The notes beneath the pieces are model-generated. The model was not told the origin of the DNA, did not search any database, and worked only from the letters and a program-made list of their open reading frames with translations. Source: Myxococcota bacterium (GTDB taxonomy: Bacteria > Myxococcota_A > Polyangia > JAAYKL01). Taken from it: a DNA stretch of 64,000 nucleotides. The position numbers and the translations under genes are program-made. The stretch is taken from NCBI GenBank assembly GCA_028278265.1, contig JANQET010000406.1:3171-67170 (forward strand), given 5' to 3'. Below, one piece after another: positions 26,861 to 36,406 of this stretch. How positions within the stretch are numbered: position 1 is the first letter of the stretch; each line of letters opens with the position of its first letter.

Positions 26861-28009
26861 CTACCCGGAGCGCTGATCGATCGGCACGAACTTCTTGTCG
26901 AAGCCGCCGGTGTAATTGGAGGTGGGCCGAATCAGCCGGTTGTCTCTGAATTGTTCGATCACGTGAGCGGTCCAGCCGGCGGTGCGGGCCACGGAAAAGA
27001 TGCAGGTAAAGAACGATTTGGGGATGCCCAGGGCTTTTTGGGTGAGGGCTGAATAGAAATCCACATTCGGGCGCATCCGGGTCAGGGCGAGCACTTTTTG
27101 CTCGACCTTTTGGGCCAAATCGGGGAGGTGGGGCTGGCCCTCCTTTTCGTGCAGTCTCCCCACATGTTCTCGCAACAATGCGCTGCGGGGATCCTCGGTT
27201 CGATACACCCGGTGACCAAACCCGGAGACGCGAGTCTGGCCCGAGCCCATGCCTGCGATGTACGGGGTCAATTGCTGACCGAAGTCGATGTTTTCCAGCA
27301 TCTCGAGCACGCGGAGATTGGCGCCGCCGTGAAGGGGTCCTTTGAGACAGGCCAGCCCCGCCGAAATTGCCGAATGCATGCCGGCCAAGCTGCTCACCGT
27401 CACCCGCGCGGCAAAGGTCGAGGCGGTCAGACCGTGATCCGCCAGAAGCACCAGCAACGTATCAAACGCCCGTCGTTCGGTCTCGTCGGGCATCCGGCCG
27501 TGCAGCATGTACAAAAAATTTTCAGCCAAGCCCTTGCGTCGGTCCGGCGACAGAATCGGCTGACCCGAATGGATGCGGTGCAGGGTCGCCACGATGGTGG
27601 CCACCTGGGCGAGAATGCGGATCGCCTTGCGCATGTTGGCGTCCTCGGTGTTGACGCCCCCGTCCGGGTCGAACATGCCCATCGCCGAGACTGCGGTGCG
27701 CAGCACGACCATCGGATTGGCGCTCGGCGGTGTGACGCGCAACAGGTCGTGAACCTGACCGGGGAGCCTCATTTCGTTGATCAATCTCGACCTGAGCTCC
27801 TCGAGGGTCTCCTTTCCCGGGAGCGCCCCGTACCACAGCAGGTAAATCACCTCTTCGAACGACACATTTCCCGCCAGCTCGTCGACATTGTATCCGCGAA
27901 AAACGAGCCGTCCGTTTTGGCCGTCCACAAAGCAAATCTGGGTATCGGCGGCGACGACCCCCCGGAGGCCCCGGGTCGTCTCCCCCTTGGTGCCGTATGG
28001 TTCACTCAT
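26861..28009 (-). CDS. gltA: citrate synthase
   Basis: Motifs GFGHRVYRTEDPR and ...LHGGANL... are hallmarks of citrate synthase. ATG at 28009 is preceded by GGAG. The GTG at 28030 listed in the ORF track is less likely to be the start. Confidence 0.9.
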   Translation of the reverse strand: MSEPYGTKGETTRGLRGVVAADTQICFVDGQNGRLVFRGYNVDELAGNVSFEEVIYLLWYGALPGKETLEELRSRLINEMRLPGQVHDLLRVTPPSANPMVVLRTAVSAMGMFDPDGGVNTEDANMRKAIRILAQVATIVATLHRIHSGQPILSPDRRKGLAENFLYMLHGRMPDETERRAFDTLLVLLADHGLTASTFAARVTVSSLAGMHSAISAGLACLKGPLHGGANLRVLEMLENIDFGQQLTPYIAGMGSGQTRVSGFGHRVYRTEDPRSALLREHVGRLHEKEGQPHLPDLAQKVEQKVLALTRMRPNVDFYSALTQKALGIPKSFFTCIFSVARTAGWTAHVIEQFRDNRLIRPTSNYTGGFDKKFVPIDQRSG

Positions 28010-28279
28010 AAAAGCAACTCCTATCTCCACCTTCCGACAATTGTCGATATTGTAATGAGAATGTACCTGTTATCATATTGCAGCGCATAGTAGCAGAAAA
28101 TGCGCACAAACGCAGCGGCCGATCGTCGCGTAGGATGTGGACAGCAATCGGATGGCCCGAAGCCGCGGCGAAGGCAATTTTGACCACGCCGATACGACGT
28201 ACCGCCCCGTTCTTCATCGGTTGTCGGTGTATGGCCACGATGATATACTCCCACCATCAATTCACCGGGAAGGGCCGCG

Positions 28280-29518
28280 ATGTATATCACCTCTTTGACA
28301 CTAGAAAATTTTAGAACCTTCAAAGTAGCTGAAATCGAGTTTGTTCATCCCGATCGGGAGTGGAGTGATAACTGCAACATTCCCAAACCGCGGTACCCCA
28401 ACATCAACCTACTGTTGGGTGACAACGGCTCGGGCAAAACATCCCTGTTAAAAGCGGTGGCCCTCTCAGCGCTGGGCCCGTCCATCGAGGATTCCGGCAT
28501 TTTGCCCTATCGACTCATTCGTCGTTCCGCGACCTTCGACGCCAAAACCGATACCACCATCGCCCGAATCGAAGCGCGGTTCACGCCGCACGACCAAGAT
28601 AGTGTCCCGTCGGACATCCGGCAGATCGAATCGGCGATTAAAATTTCGAGGCGGGGAGATACGGAGCGTATGCGCTGGGATCATCCCGACGACAAGACGT
28701 GGCACCCGGTTTTCAGCTCAGATTCCGATGCGTTCTTTTTTGTGGGCTATGGTGCGACGCGGCGCGTCGAGAAGGGCGAAAACGTGGACATGGGCAGCCG
28801 AAGACAATCGGTGACCACACGCGCTCTGCGCGTCAGGAGCATCTTCGAGGAAGCCTATTCGCTCGTCCCGTTTACCGCCTGGCTACCCCGACTCGAAACC
28901 GAAAATCCAGGGCGTCACAAACAGGCCGTCGACCTCATCAGCAAGCTCCTCGGCGATGAGGCGATAGCGTTCACCGGCGAGCGGGAGCAGGGAGAATACG
29001 TCTTCGATCAACAGGGAATCAAGATCCCCTACCCAGCACTCTCGGACGGATATCGCGCGTTTCTGGGTTGGATAGGCGACCTACTCTACCATGTGTGCGA
29101 CACCTGCCCCAGCGGCAAAAAGCTCGTCGACAATCAAGGCATTGTGATGGTGGACGAAATCGATTTGCACTTGCACCCGCGATGGCAATTGAAGGTGCTG
29201 GGCTTGCTTTCGCAGACCCTGCCGAATATTCAATTCATTTTGACGTCCCATAGCCCGCTTCTCGTCGGCTCTTTGGAGTGGATGAACATCGTTGTGATGG
29301 ACAGCCAAAACGAGTCGAATCAGGCCGTGCGCATCAAAGAGGCGATCCGCGGACTGGACGCGGATCAGATTCTGCTAACCGAATTCTTTAAACTGGCCTC
29401 GACTCGCACCGGCGAAAAACGGGAGCAGTTGGCCCGTCTTACAGAGGCCGCACGTAAAGGTGATGCGGAGTCCGCACTGGAGTTGCTGCGCGAAATGAGC
29501 CGGGGTTTGGAGGAATAG
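28280..29518 (+). CDS. AAA_21/ABC-type ATPase (Walker A, ABC signature, Walker B, H-loop), PtuA-like; first gene of a Septu-like defence pair
   Basis: GDNGSGKTSLL (Walker A), LSDGYRAF (signature-like), IVMVDEIDLHLHP (Walker B) and LTSHSPLL (H-loop). The stop lies 1 nt before the next start. Confidence 0.75.
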   Translation: MYITSLTLENFRTFKVAEIEFVHPDREWSDNCNIPKPRYPNINLLLGDNGSGKTSLLKAVALSALGPSIEDSGILPYRLIRRSATFDAKTDTTIARIEARFTPHDQDSVPSDIRQIESAIKISRRGDTERMRWDHPDDKTWHPVFSSDSDAFFFVGYGATRRVEKGENVDMGSRRQSVTTRALRVRSIFEEAYSLVPFTAWLPRLETENPGRHKQAVDLISKLLGDEAIAFTGEREQGEYVFDQQGIKIPYPALSDGYRAFLGWIGDLLYHVCDTCPSGKKLVDNQGIVMVDEIDLHLHPRWQLKVLGLLSQTLPNIQFILTSHSPLLVGSLEWMNIVVMDSQNESNQAVRIKEAIRGLDADQILLTEFFKLASTRTGEKREQLARLTEAARKGDAESALELLREMSRGLEE

Positions 29519-29519
29519 G

Positions 29520-30404
29520 GTGATCCGATATCCCATATCACAGGCTGATCTGGAGCAGCGGATCGAGGATTTCAAGCCGGGCTGGAAAGCGCGGGCCGAC
29601 GCGAGAACCACCACCTTCCGCAGCGAACACAAATACAGCGAGAAGAGCTCGATCTGGAGTGAGGTCAAGCCGGTCTACATGACCCTGCAAGGTGAGAGCA
29701 AGTGCGCCTATTGTGAGCGTAAAATGGAGTCCGTCGCGTCGGGCAAGGGCGAGCAGGACGTCGAGCACTTCCGCCCCAAAGGCAACATCAGCCCGTGGGT
29801 GCCGCCCGACAGCATCGATACCAACGCGATACGGATCACCCAAGTGCCGGCAGACGCCACAGGCTACTACCTGCTCCCCTACCACCTGTTCAACTACGCT
29901 GCCTCCTGCAAACCGTGCAACTCAAAGTACAAAGGTGACCGCTTTCCCATCGCCGGCAGGTATGATCAAGCCGGAGACGATCCGGACGCCCTGAGTGCCG
30001 AACAGCCCTATCTGATCTATCCGATTGGCGACATTGACGCAGATCCCGAAGACCTGATCAGCTTCAACGGCGTTTCCCCCTATGCCAGCGGGAGTGGAGC
30101 GCGCGCGATACATCGGGGATTGGTGACGATCGCCTTCTTCGGGCTCGATGACTTTGACCAGCGGAAAAATCTCTTGCTGGAGCGCGCCCGCGTCATCACG
30201 TTGCTCTACGACAAACTGGTTGCGAGTGACAGCGGTGATGCCGAAACTGCACAGCGGGCCGGGCAGTTCATCGCCGCACTGACCAACCCCAAGGCGCCGC
30301 ACACCAATTGTGCGCGAAGCTTCCTGAGGCTGTACCGGGCCGACAGGAACGAGGCCAAAGCGTTCAACGCCGCGGCGGAACAACTGCTCATCTCCAGTTC
30401 CTGA
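29520..30404 (+). CDS. HNH nuclease-domain protein, PtuB-like; second gene of the pair
   Basis: CAYCERKME...DVEHFRPKGN...CKPCNSKYKGDRFP matches the CxxC...H...CxxC HNH zinc-finger arrangement. GTG start with a GGAGGA RBS. Confidence 0.7.
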   Translation: MIRYPISQADLEQRIEDFKPGWKARADARTTTFRSEHKYSEKSSIWSEVKPVYMTLQGESKCAYCERKMESVASGKGEQDVEHFRPKGNISPWVPPDSIDTNAIRITQVPADATGYYLLPYHLFNYAASCKPCNSKYKGDRFPIAGRYDQAGDDPDALSAEQPYLIYPIGDIDADPEDLISFNGVSPYASGSGARAIHRGLVTIAFFGLDDFDQRKNLLLERARVITLLYDKLVASDSGDAETAQRAGQFIAALTNPKAPHTNCARSFLRLYRADRNEAKAFNAAAEQLLISSS

Positions 30405-30432
30405 CGGCTCTCAAGTTATACTGGCGGTTGTT

Positions 30433-32040
30433 CTACTGACTACAATCGTAACTTTTGGAATAGCAGGCAGCATCGACACCACAGCACTTCTCGGTTTTCC
30501 CGTTGCAACAGGTGAAGTGACTCGAGGTGCCGCACTTTATCTCGTGACAGTCGCAGACGTCGTTGTTGGGAAAGATTCGCGCCGGCCCGGTCGAGGTCAG
30601 CTTGACGGTTTTTTGGGCACCGTTCAGGCTAAATGAACCGGATTGTTCGTACGATCCCGCAGCGAGTCGCAAAATACTCCCGTTCCAGGCGCCGTGTCCG
30701 CTCCATTTGTCGTAGAGGGTGTACCCTATCGGATCGCAACCGTGGTTTCCGTCACTGTTCGGGTTCACGTCAATCACGCTGGTGTAGTGCTTGAACCAGA
30801 TCGAATTGTCCAGACCATTGTTGTTGAGCAAAATGGCGTGCAGCTCGCCCTTATGCTGCCCGTATGCTTTGTCGGTGATGTCAGTGTAGTCCAGCCCCTC
30901 TGGTTCTTGATTGAATTCGGTCTCGTACTTGAACGGGTGTTGGCTGTTCGATGATCGCTTCATCAACCACCAGCTCCCCGATCCGGTGCGAAAAACATTG
31001 ATTGTCCCTTCGTTTTCCAAGACGTAGAAATACTCACCGTCAGCGGAAAAATCGCCCCCCTGGAGCCAGTTCCCATCGTCTACCCAAAACGGGTCGCCAT
31101 TGGCCTCGAGCAGATTGTGTTCCCAATGACCGAGCAGCTGAAGATTGACCGGAGCCCCGGCGTTCTGCACATCTGGCCACGATATTCGATACCGATGCAC
31201 TGTGTTGTGTTGATCATCTTTCGAAGAATAGATGAACCCATCGTTATCTACTGCGACCCACGGTGTCTTGCCCCCCTGGAAGTAATTCACCGATACCTGC
31301 GCCATGTGTTTCAGGTCGGAGGCTCGAAAAAAGGCCAACAGGGCGCTGTTGCTGCACCCCTCGATCGGGATCACCAAATACGTTTCGCCGTTGAATCGAA
31401 ATTCGTCCAAATCGCCGAAATGGTCGCAGCCCCATTGCTCCAGCAGAGGATAACTGTGATCTTGCAGCCGTCTCGTCGGATTGCACCAATTGTCATTTTC
31501 ATCGTCCAAGCTGCAGGTCAGCGGCACTCGCCAGAGCATATTGGTGCGGCCCAGAGGACTGCGCACATGGGTGTTCGTGAAGAACCAGTGCGCCCCATCG
31601 CTCGCCACGCCCTGAAGCCGATAATAGTACCACCCGGCCTCTTCGTCGTTCAGCGCGTTGCCCAAATAGTTGAACGATGCCTGAAACCCCTCGGAGACCG
31701 GACTCGTCCCCACCCTCGGGCTCACCGTAACCGACGCCTCTTGCGCCAACGCCAAATGCTGGTCTGTTCCGTCATCCCCATCGAGAATGTCAGGTAACGG
31801 GCGCGCCAGAGCCTGTGCCGGAGAGGATGCAGTTTGGCGATGTCCAGTTGCCATCGCCGGATTCTCAACCAACCGGGAATTGGATTGAGCAACCGGCGCT
31901 TCATAAAGTGCCGAGCCGCTCTCCCACTCCCTGGTCTCGCAGGCCAGTATACAACCGACCAGTAGCAATAACCCCCATGGCCTCAATCCCTCGCCAGTTC
32001 CAACCATCCACTCGAAATCAAGCCGCTTCATTTCATCCAT
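30433..32040 (-). CDS. secreted lipoprotein, hypothetical (535 aa), Cys-rich C-terminus
   Basis: Signal with lipobox LLLLVGC. No recognised domain. Confidence 0.65.
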   Translation of the reverse strand: MDEMKRLDFEWMVGTGEGLRPWGLLLLVGCILACETREWESGSALYEAPVAQSNSRLVENPAMATGHRQTASSPAQALARPLPDILDGDDGTDQHLALAQEASVTVSPRVGTSPVSEGFQASFNYLGNALNDEEAGWYYYRLQGVASDGAHWFFTNTHVRSPLGRTNMLWRVPLTCSLDDENDNWCNPTRRLQDHSYPLLEQWGCDHFGDLDEFRFNGETYLVIPIEGCSNSALLAFFRASDLKHMAQVSVNYFQGGKTPWVAVDNDGFIYSSKDDQHNTVHRYRISWPDVQNAGAPVNLQLLGHWEHNLLEANGDPFWVDDGNWLQGGDFSADGEYFYVLENEGTINVFRTGSGSWWLMKRSSNSQHPFKYETEFNQEPEGLDYTDITDKAYGQHKGELHAILLNNNGLDNSIWFKHYTSVIDVNPNSDGNHGCDPIGYTLYDKWSGHGAWNGSILRLAAGSYEQSGSFSLNGAQKTVKLTSTGPARIFPNNDVCDCHEIKCGTSSHFTCCNGKTEKCCGVDAACYSKSYDCSQ

Positions 32041-32372
32041 GTCGCACTCCTGTACCGGTTCGCGCGTTCGCTAAGCCCCTATGTCGCAAGAGCCGTACCA
32101 AACACATTCGTCAACCTACCAAGGTCGTATCCCTTCGTAATATTTTCTTTATTCAGTAAAGTTCGGATGGAATGACATCTTCTGGGAGTGTAACCACTCA
32201 CCCCTCGCAGACTTGCTCATCAGTGCCGGAAACCCCGTGTTTACAGGTCTCAACGCCGATGCGGTCTGTTACCTGAGCAGAGGTTCCAGTTACGTCTCAT
32301 CAGACGACGGCAAAAGGGTTACAATATCGATTGAGCGGCGATCTGAAACCCACATCTCAAGGGAGCAACCCG

Positions 32373-33425
32373 ATGAACCATCGAACCATTGTCCTGCTGT
32401 CGCTGGCACTGCTCTTGGCGTGTACCGACGACACTTCGGTTGAGTGGCAGGCCGCCTATGATCTCAACCACGAGCTGTTCGTGTTCGACGCCCACTGTGA
32501 TTCGGCGTTAAACATCGTCGACCATGGGGCAGACCTGGGACAGCTGTTGGAGATGGGGCATGTGGATCTTCCCCGGATGATCTCGGGGGGGTTGAATGCC
32601 CAGGTGTTCGCCGCCTGGACCGCTCCTGATTACTGGCCCGATCACGCGACAGAGCGGGCCCGGGAGCTGCTCACCGGGGTGCGGCGGTTCGTCGACAGCT
32701 ACCCCCAGCAGATCGGTATCGCCCTTAGCGGAACGGAGGCGGAACAGCTCTTTGGGGCCGGCAAAATCGCCGTCTTCTTGGGTATCGAAGGGGGGCACGC
32801 CATCGAGGACAGCCTCGAGACCCTGCGCCAATTCCACGGTGAAGGGGTACGCATCATGACGTTGACCTGGATGACCAACACCAATTGGGCCGATGCCTCT
32901 GGGGACACACCAGTGCACGGAGGACTGACCGAATTCGGGGTCCAGGTGGTCCGGGAGATGAATCGCCTGGGCATGGTGGTGGACATTTCCCACGTTTCGG
33001 ACGACACGTTTTACGACACCTTAAAAGTGAGCAGCAAGCCTGTGGTCGCATCCCATTCCTGCGTCCGGTCCCTGCACGACCACCACCGCAACATGACCGA
33101 TGAGATGCTCCGCGCCCTGGCCCAGAACGGCGGTGTGATCGGCCTCAACTTCTTTCCGGATTACCTGGCGCCCCGCGGCGCGCCGGTCACCGTCGAGACC
33201 CTCGTCGACCACATCGATCACGCGGTCCGGGTGGCCGGCATTGACCACGTGGGGCTGGGCTCGGATTTCGACGGAGTGCCCGCCCTGCCCCTGGGTATCG
33301 AAGACGTCTCCGATCTGCCCGCGATCACCGAGGTGCTGATGGCTCGAAGCTACACCCGCGACGATATCGAAAAGATTTTGGGGGGCAATCTCCTCCGGGT
33401 TTTTAAAGCCGCATTGGACAATTAG
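32373..33425 (+). CDS. membrane dipeptidase, peptidase M19 family, lipoprotein
   Basis: GGGAG RBS then ATG. Lipobox LLLAC. M19 motifs DAHCDS, GIEGGHAIE and GLGSDFDG. Confidence 0.85.
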   Translation: MNHRTIVLLSLALLLACTDDTSVEWQAAYDLNHELFVFDAHCDSALNIVDHGADLGQLLEMGHVDLPRMISGGLNAQVFAAWTAPDYWPDHATERARELLTGVRRFVDSYPQQIGIALSGTEAEQLFGAGKIAVFLGIEGGHAIEDSLETLRQFHGEGVRIMTLTWMTNTNWADASGDTPVHGGLTEFGVQVVREMNRLGMVVDISHVSDDTFYDTLKVSSKPVVASHSCVRSLHDHHRNMTDEMLRALAQNGGVIGLNFFPDYLAPRGAPVTVETLVDHIDHAVRVAGIDHVGLGSDFDGVPALPLGIEDVSDLPAITEVLMARSYTRDDIEKILGGNLLRVFKAALDN

Positions 33426-33546
33426 ATCACGAGTCTGAGAAAAGATGGCACCATCACCTGCTGGGGTGACAATCGGGATGGACAATGCGACCCACCTGCC
33501 GTTAAGTAGTTCAATCAGTTTTTTATTGTCCAAAAGGAAATCGCCC

Positions 33547-34938
33547 ATGATGGTATTGACTCTACCGAGAAACAGGTTGCTTCCCACCATCACAATTTCT
33601 GCTTTCGCCGCCCTTCTTGCTGCAGCTTGCCAGTCCGGTCCGATTGAGCTCGCTCGGGAGGTTGACCATCCGGGAGACGTACTGTCGATGGGGGAGCGGA
33701 GTGAGCCTGTTAACCGTATCACTCGTACGCGGCTCGAGAAGTTGCTGCCCCGGCTGATGCGGGAGGCCGGGCTCGACATGTGGTTGGTGATCAACCGGGA
33801 GTACAACGAGGACCCGAGCTACTTGACCTTGGTCTCGGCGCCTTCGTTCTCGGCGGGGCGGTTGACTATACTGCTGTTTTTTGATCGGGGGGCCGAGCAG
33901 GGGGTGGAGCGGATCAATGTCGGCCGCAACAGCTTTGCCGGACTCTACGAATCGGGCTGGCAGGGCAATCGTCCCGAAGCGCAGTGGCAACGCCTGGCCG
34001 AGCTGGTCGAGGAGCGGAATCCCGAGCGCATCGGAATCAATGTCAGCCGCAACTGGGCCTTTGCCGACGGGCTCAGCGTATCACTCAAGGCGCAGCTCGA
34101 AGAGGCCCTCGGCCCGACCTTGGCCGGTCGGCTCACCAGCGCCGAGCAGTTGGTCATCCGCTGGTTGGAGACCCGAACGGCAGAAGAGCTGGCGATCTAT
34201 CCCGACATCGTCGCGCTGGCCCGCGAGGTGATCGCGGAGGCCTTTTCGGACCGGGTCATCACTCCCGGGAAAACGACCACCGACGACGTGGCCAACTATA
34301 TCGCCCAGCGCTTTGCCGATCTCAATTTACAGGTCTGGTTCTACCCCTGGGTCAGCGTGCAACACCCCGCCACCACCTGTGCCGCCGACACCCCGTTTTG
34401 CGGCGGCGACGGTCAGATCAATTCGGGGGATCTGCTGCACACGGATGTGGGCATCTGCTATCTCCGGCTGTGCACCGACACCCAGGAGATGGGGTACATC
34501 CTCCGCGGGGACGAGTCAGTAGTGCCGGCCGATCTCCGCGCGGCGCTGGCCAAGGGCAACCGGTGGCAGGATCTGCTCACCGACGAATTTCAAACCGGCC
34601 GTTCGGGCAACGAGATCCTCCTCGCCGGACAGGAGGCGATGGCGGCGGCCGGCATTTCCGGCAGCATCTATTCACACCCGTTGGGCATGTTCGGTCACGG
34701 CCCGGGCCCGCTGATCGGACTGTGGGATCGACAAGAGCCGATTCCCGGTCGCGGTGACTGGAGGCTCTACCCCAATACCGCCTATGCCATCGAGGGCAAC
34801 ATCAAGGTGGCCGTCCCGAGTTGGAGCGAGCAACTGGCCCAAATCAAGCTCGAGCAAAGCGCGATCTTCGACGGCGAACGGGTGCAATACCTGGCCGGCA
34901 GGCAAACCGAATGGCATGTGATCAGGGGAACAAGATAG
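33547..34938 (+). CDS. M24-family peptidase (Xaa-Pro aminopeptidase/creatinase-like), lipoprotein
   Basis: AAGGA RBS then ATG. Lipobox LLAAAC. Creatinase-like N-terminal region plus a pita-bread C-terminal domain (HTDVGICY..., ...EGN...). Confidence 0.75.
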   Translation: MMVLTLPRNRLLPTITISAFAALLAAACQSGPIELAREVDHPGDVLSMGERSEPVNRITRTRLEKLLPRLMREAGLDMWLVINREYNEDPSYLTLVSAPSFSAGRLTILLFFDRGAEQGVERINVGRNSFAGLYESGWQGNRPEAQWQRLAELVEERNPERIGINVSRNWAFADGLSVSLKAQLEEALGPTLAGRLTSAEQLVIRWLETRTAEELAIYPDIVALAREVIAEAFSDRVITPGKTTTDDVANYIAQRFADLNLQVWFYPWVSVQHPATTCAADTPFCGGDGQINSGDLLHTDVGICYLRLCTDTQEMGYILRGDESVVPADLRAALAKGNRWQDLLTDEFQTGRSGNEILLAGQEAMAAAGISGSIYSHPLGMFGHGPGPLIGLWDRQEPIPGRGDWRLYPNTAYAIEGNIKVAVPSWSEQLAQIKLEQSAIFDGERVQYLAGRQTEWHVIRGTR

Positions 34939-34944
34939 GCGGGC

Positions 34945-36219
34945 CTACCGCCTTCTACGGCCAGGTCGAGCACGGCTCTTGCGCGCTCGACCCGGTCGGG
35001 TGACTTTTTTATACCCGCTGGGCAGGAAGGTGACGATTTTGGCGTAGCGGGGCTGCTCGCCGATGCGGGATTCATCGACCCAAAGGGTCTTTTTCTCCCG
35101 CACATCGAGATGGATAAAGGCGGAGTTGGGATAGTACCCCACCCCCACGTTGGCGAACTGCCGCACAAAGCGATAGACCTTGCGCCGCCCCACCCCACGC
35201 ACGCGAAAATCCAACGCCCGGCCCAGGGCGTGGGTCGATTCGTTCCCGCCTCCCCGCTTCCACCGCTTGCGCCTCTTTTTCTTGAACCGCTTGACCTTGC
35301 GATAGCCGGAGATGATTTCGATCGTGTGTCCGCTGAACTGATCGGCCACCAGCTGGATCAGCCGAACCAGTCGTTCGTCGAGCAGCACCGGCGGCTCGGT
35401 GATCCCGTCGCGACCGGCAAAGGTGCTGAGAATTCGCAGGGCATCCTCGTCGACTTCGTCTTGTTGGTTCATCAGCGACAGGGTGACCTGCTGGTTGTTG
35501 CGCAGGCGAACAAAGTGGATCGGGCGATGGGCGTGCACGTGCGCCGGAATTTGTCGCAGTTGACTGACCCCGGGAATGACGATGCGCTGGTTGGGCTGAA
35601 CCGGTCTCTTCACCGACAGTTGATTGGCCCGGGCGATTCTTCGGGCCAGCATCTTGTACGCTTTGGCGATGCTCCACAACGTCTGTCCCGGTTTGACCAC
35701 GTGCATCACCCCCTTTTTGGTCAACCAACCGCTGGAGACCCGGGCGGTCAGAATTTGAGGATGAAACACCGGATGGTGGTACCGGTCCTCGAGCGGGATG
35801 ACCACCGTTCGTCCGGGATAGAGCTGGGGGTACTCGACCAGATTGTTGGCCCGGGTCAATGCGGGAATCGAGACATCAAAGCTATCGGAGATCGAATAAA
35901 GGGTGTCCCCCTTTTTAATGGTGTAGAGGCGATTGGGACGATCACTGAGAAACGCCGGTATATTGAGTTGTTGACCGATGATCAACGGAGTTGACCTCTT
36001 CATGTTGTTGACCGCCAGGAGATCCCGTACCGAGACGCCGTAGAAATCGGCGACCTTCTTAACGGTGAGATTTTTTTCAACGACGATCTTCTTCCAGCGG
36101 GCCGTGTGTCCGATCACCGGAAGGGTGACCAGAACCGTTGCGACAATCAGGAACGCCACTCCCCCCGGACGGCTTTTGGGTGCCCCCGGCTGGTTTTCCA
36201 TCTTGTTCATGTAGTCCAT
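34945..36219 (-). CDS. LysM-domain (x3) peptidoglycan peptidase, M15-like DUF882 family
   Basis: ATG MDYMNKM preceded by GGAAGAGAGGG. LysM units (YTIKKGDTLYSIS...). C-terminal H..GRALDF...YYPNSAFIHLDVR zinc-peptidase motif. Confidence 0.75.
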   Translation of the reverse strand: MDYMNKMENQPGAPKSRPGGVAFLIVATVLVTLPVIGHTARWKKIVVEKNLTVKKVADFYGVSVRDLLAVNNMKRSTPLIIGQQLNIPAFLSDRPNRLYTIKKGDTLYSISDSFDVSIPALTRANNLVEYPQLYPGRTVVIPLEDRYHHPVFHPQILTARVSSGWLTKKGVMHVVKPGQTLWSIAKAYKMLARRIARANQLSVKRPVQPNQRIVIPGVSQLRQIPAHVHAHRPIHFVRLRNNQQVTLSLMNQQDEVDEDALRILSTFAGRDGITEPPVLLDERLVRLIQLVADQFSGHTIEIISGYRKVKRFKKKRRKRWKRGGGNESTHALGRALDFRVRGVGRRKVYRFVRQFANVGVGYYPNSAFIHLDVREKKTLWVDESRIGEQPRYAKIVTFLPSGYKKVTRPGRARKSRARPGRRRR

Positions 36220-36344
36220 AACTAAACCCTCTCTTCCTTCAGGCAGAAGGGAAGGGGGCAATTCTCTTGCCAAAAAAATAATAGTGAGTGATTTCGGTCA
36301 GTTGCGCTAAATTACGTAAATACTGGACTCTTTTGACCCAAAAA

Positions 36345-36386
36345 AACGGCTGTGCCGCACACCGACGGAATGTGCCGCACACCGAT
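36345..36386. promoter_or_regulatory. tandem direct repeat TGTGCCGCACACCGA (2 copies, 5-nt spacer) upstream of the LysM peptidase gene
   Basis: ctgtgccgcacaccgacggaatgtgccgcacaccgattg. Typical spacing for a winged-helix response-regulator binding site. It lies adjacent to the hybrid kinase gene. Confidence 0.3.
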
Positions 36387-36406
36387 TGAATCGTACAAGA
36401 CTACAT

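Noticed and set aside
28028-28030. GTG start for citrate synthase at 28030, as listed in the ORF track
   Set aside because: An in-frame ATG at 28009 with a GGAG RBS 9 nt upstream gives the canonical N-terminus (MSEPYGTKGE...). The extra 7 codons are likely untranslated.
36254-36280. GGCAA-N5-TTGCC hairpin followed by an A7 run
   Set aside because: The orientation is wrong for an intrinsic terminator on either strand. It overlaps the TTG/ATG start region of the LysM peptidase gene.
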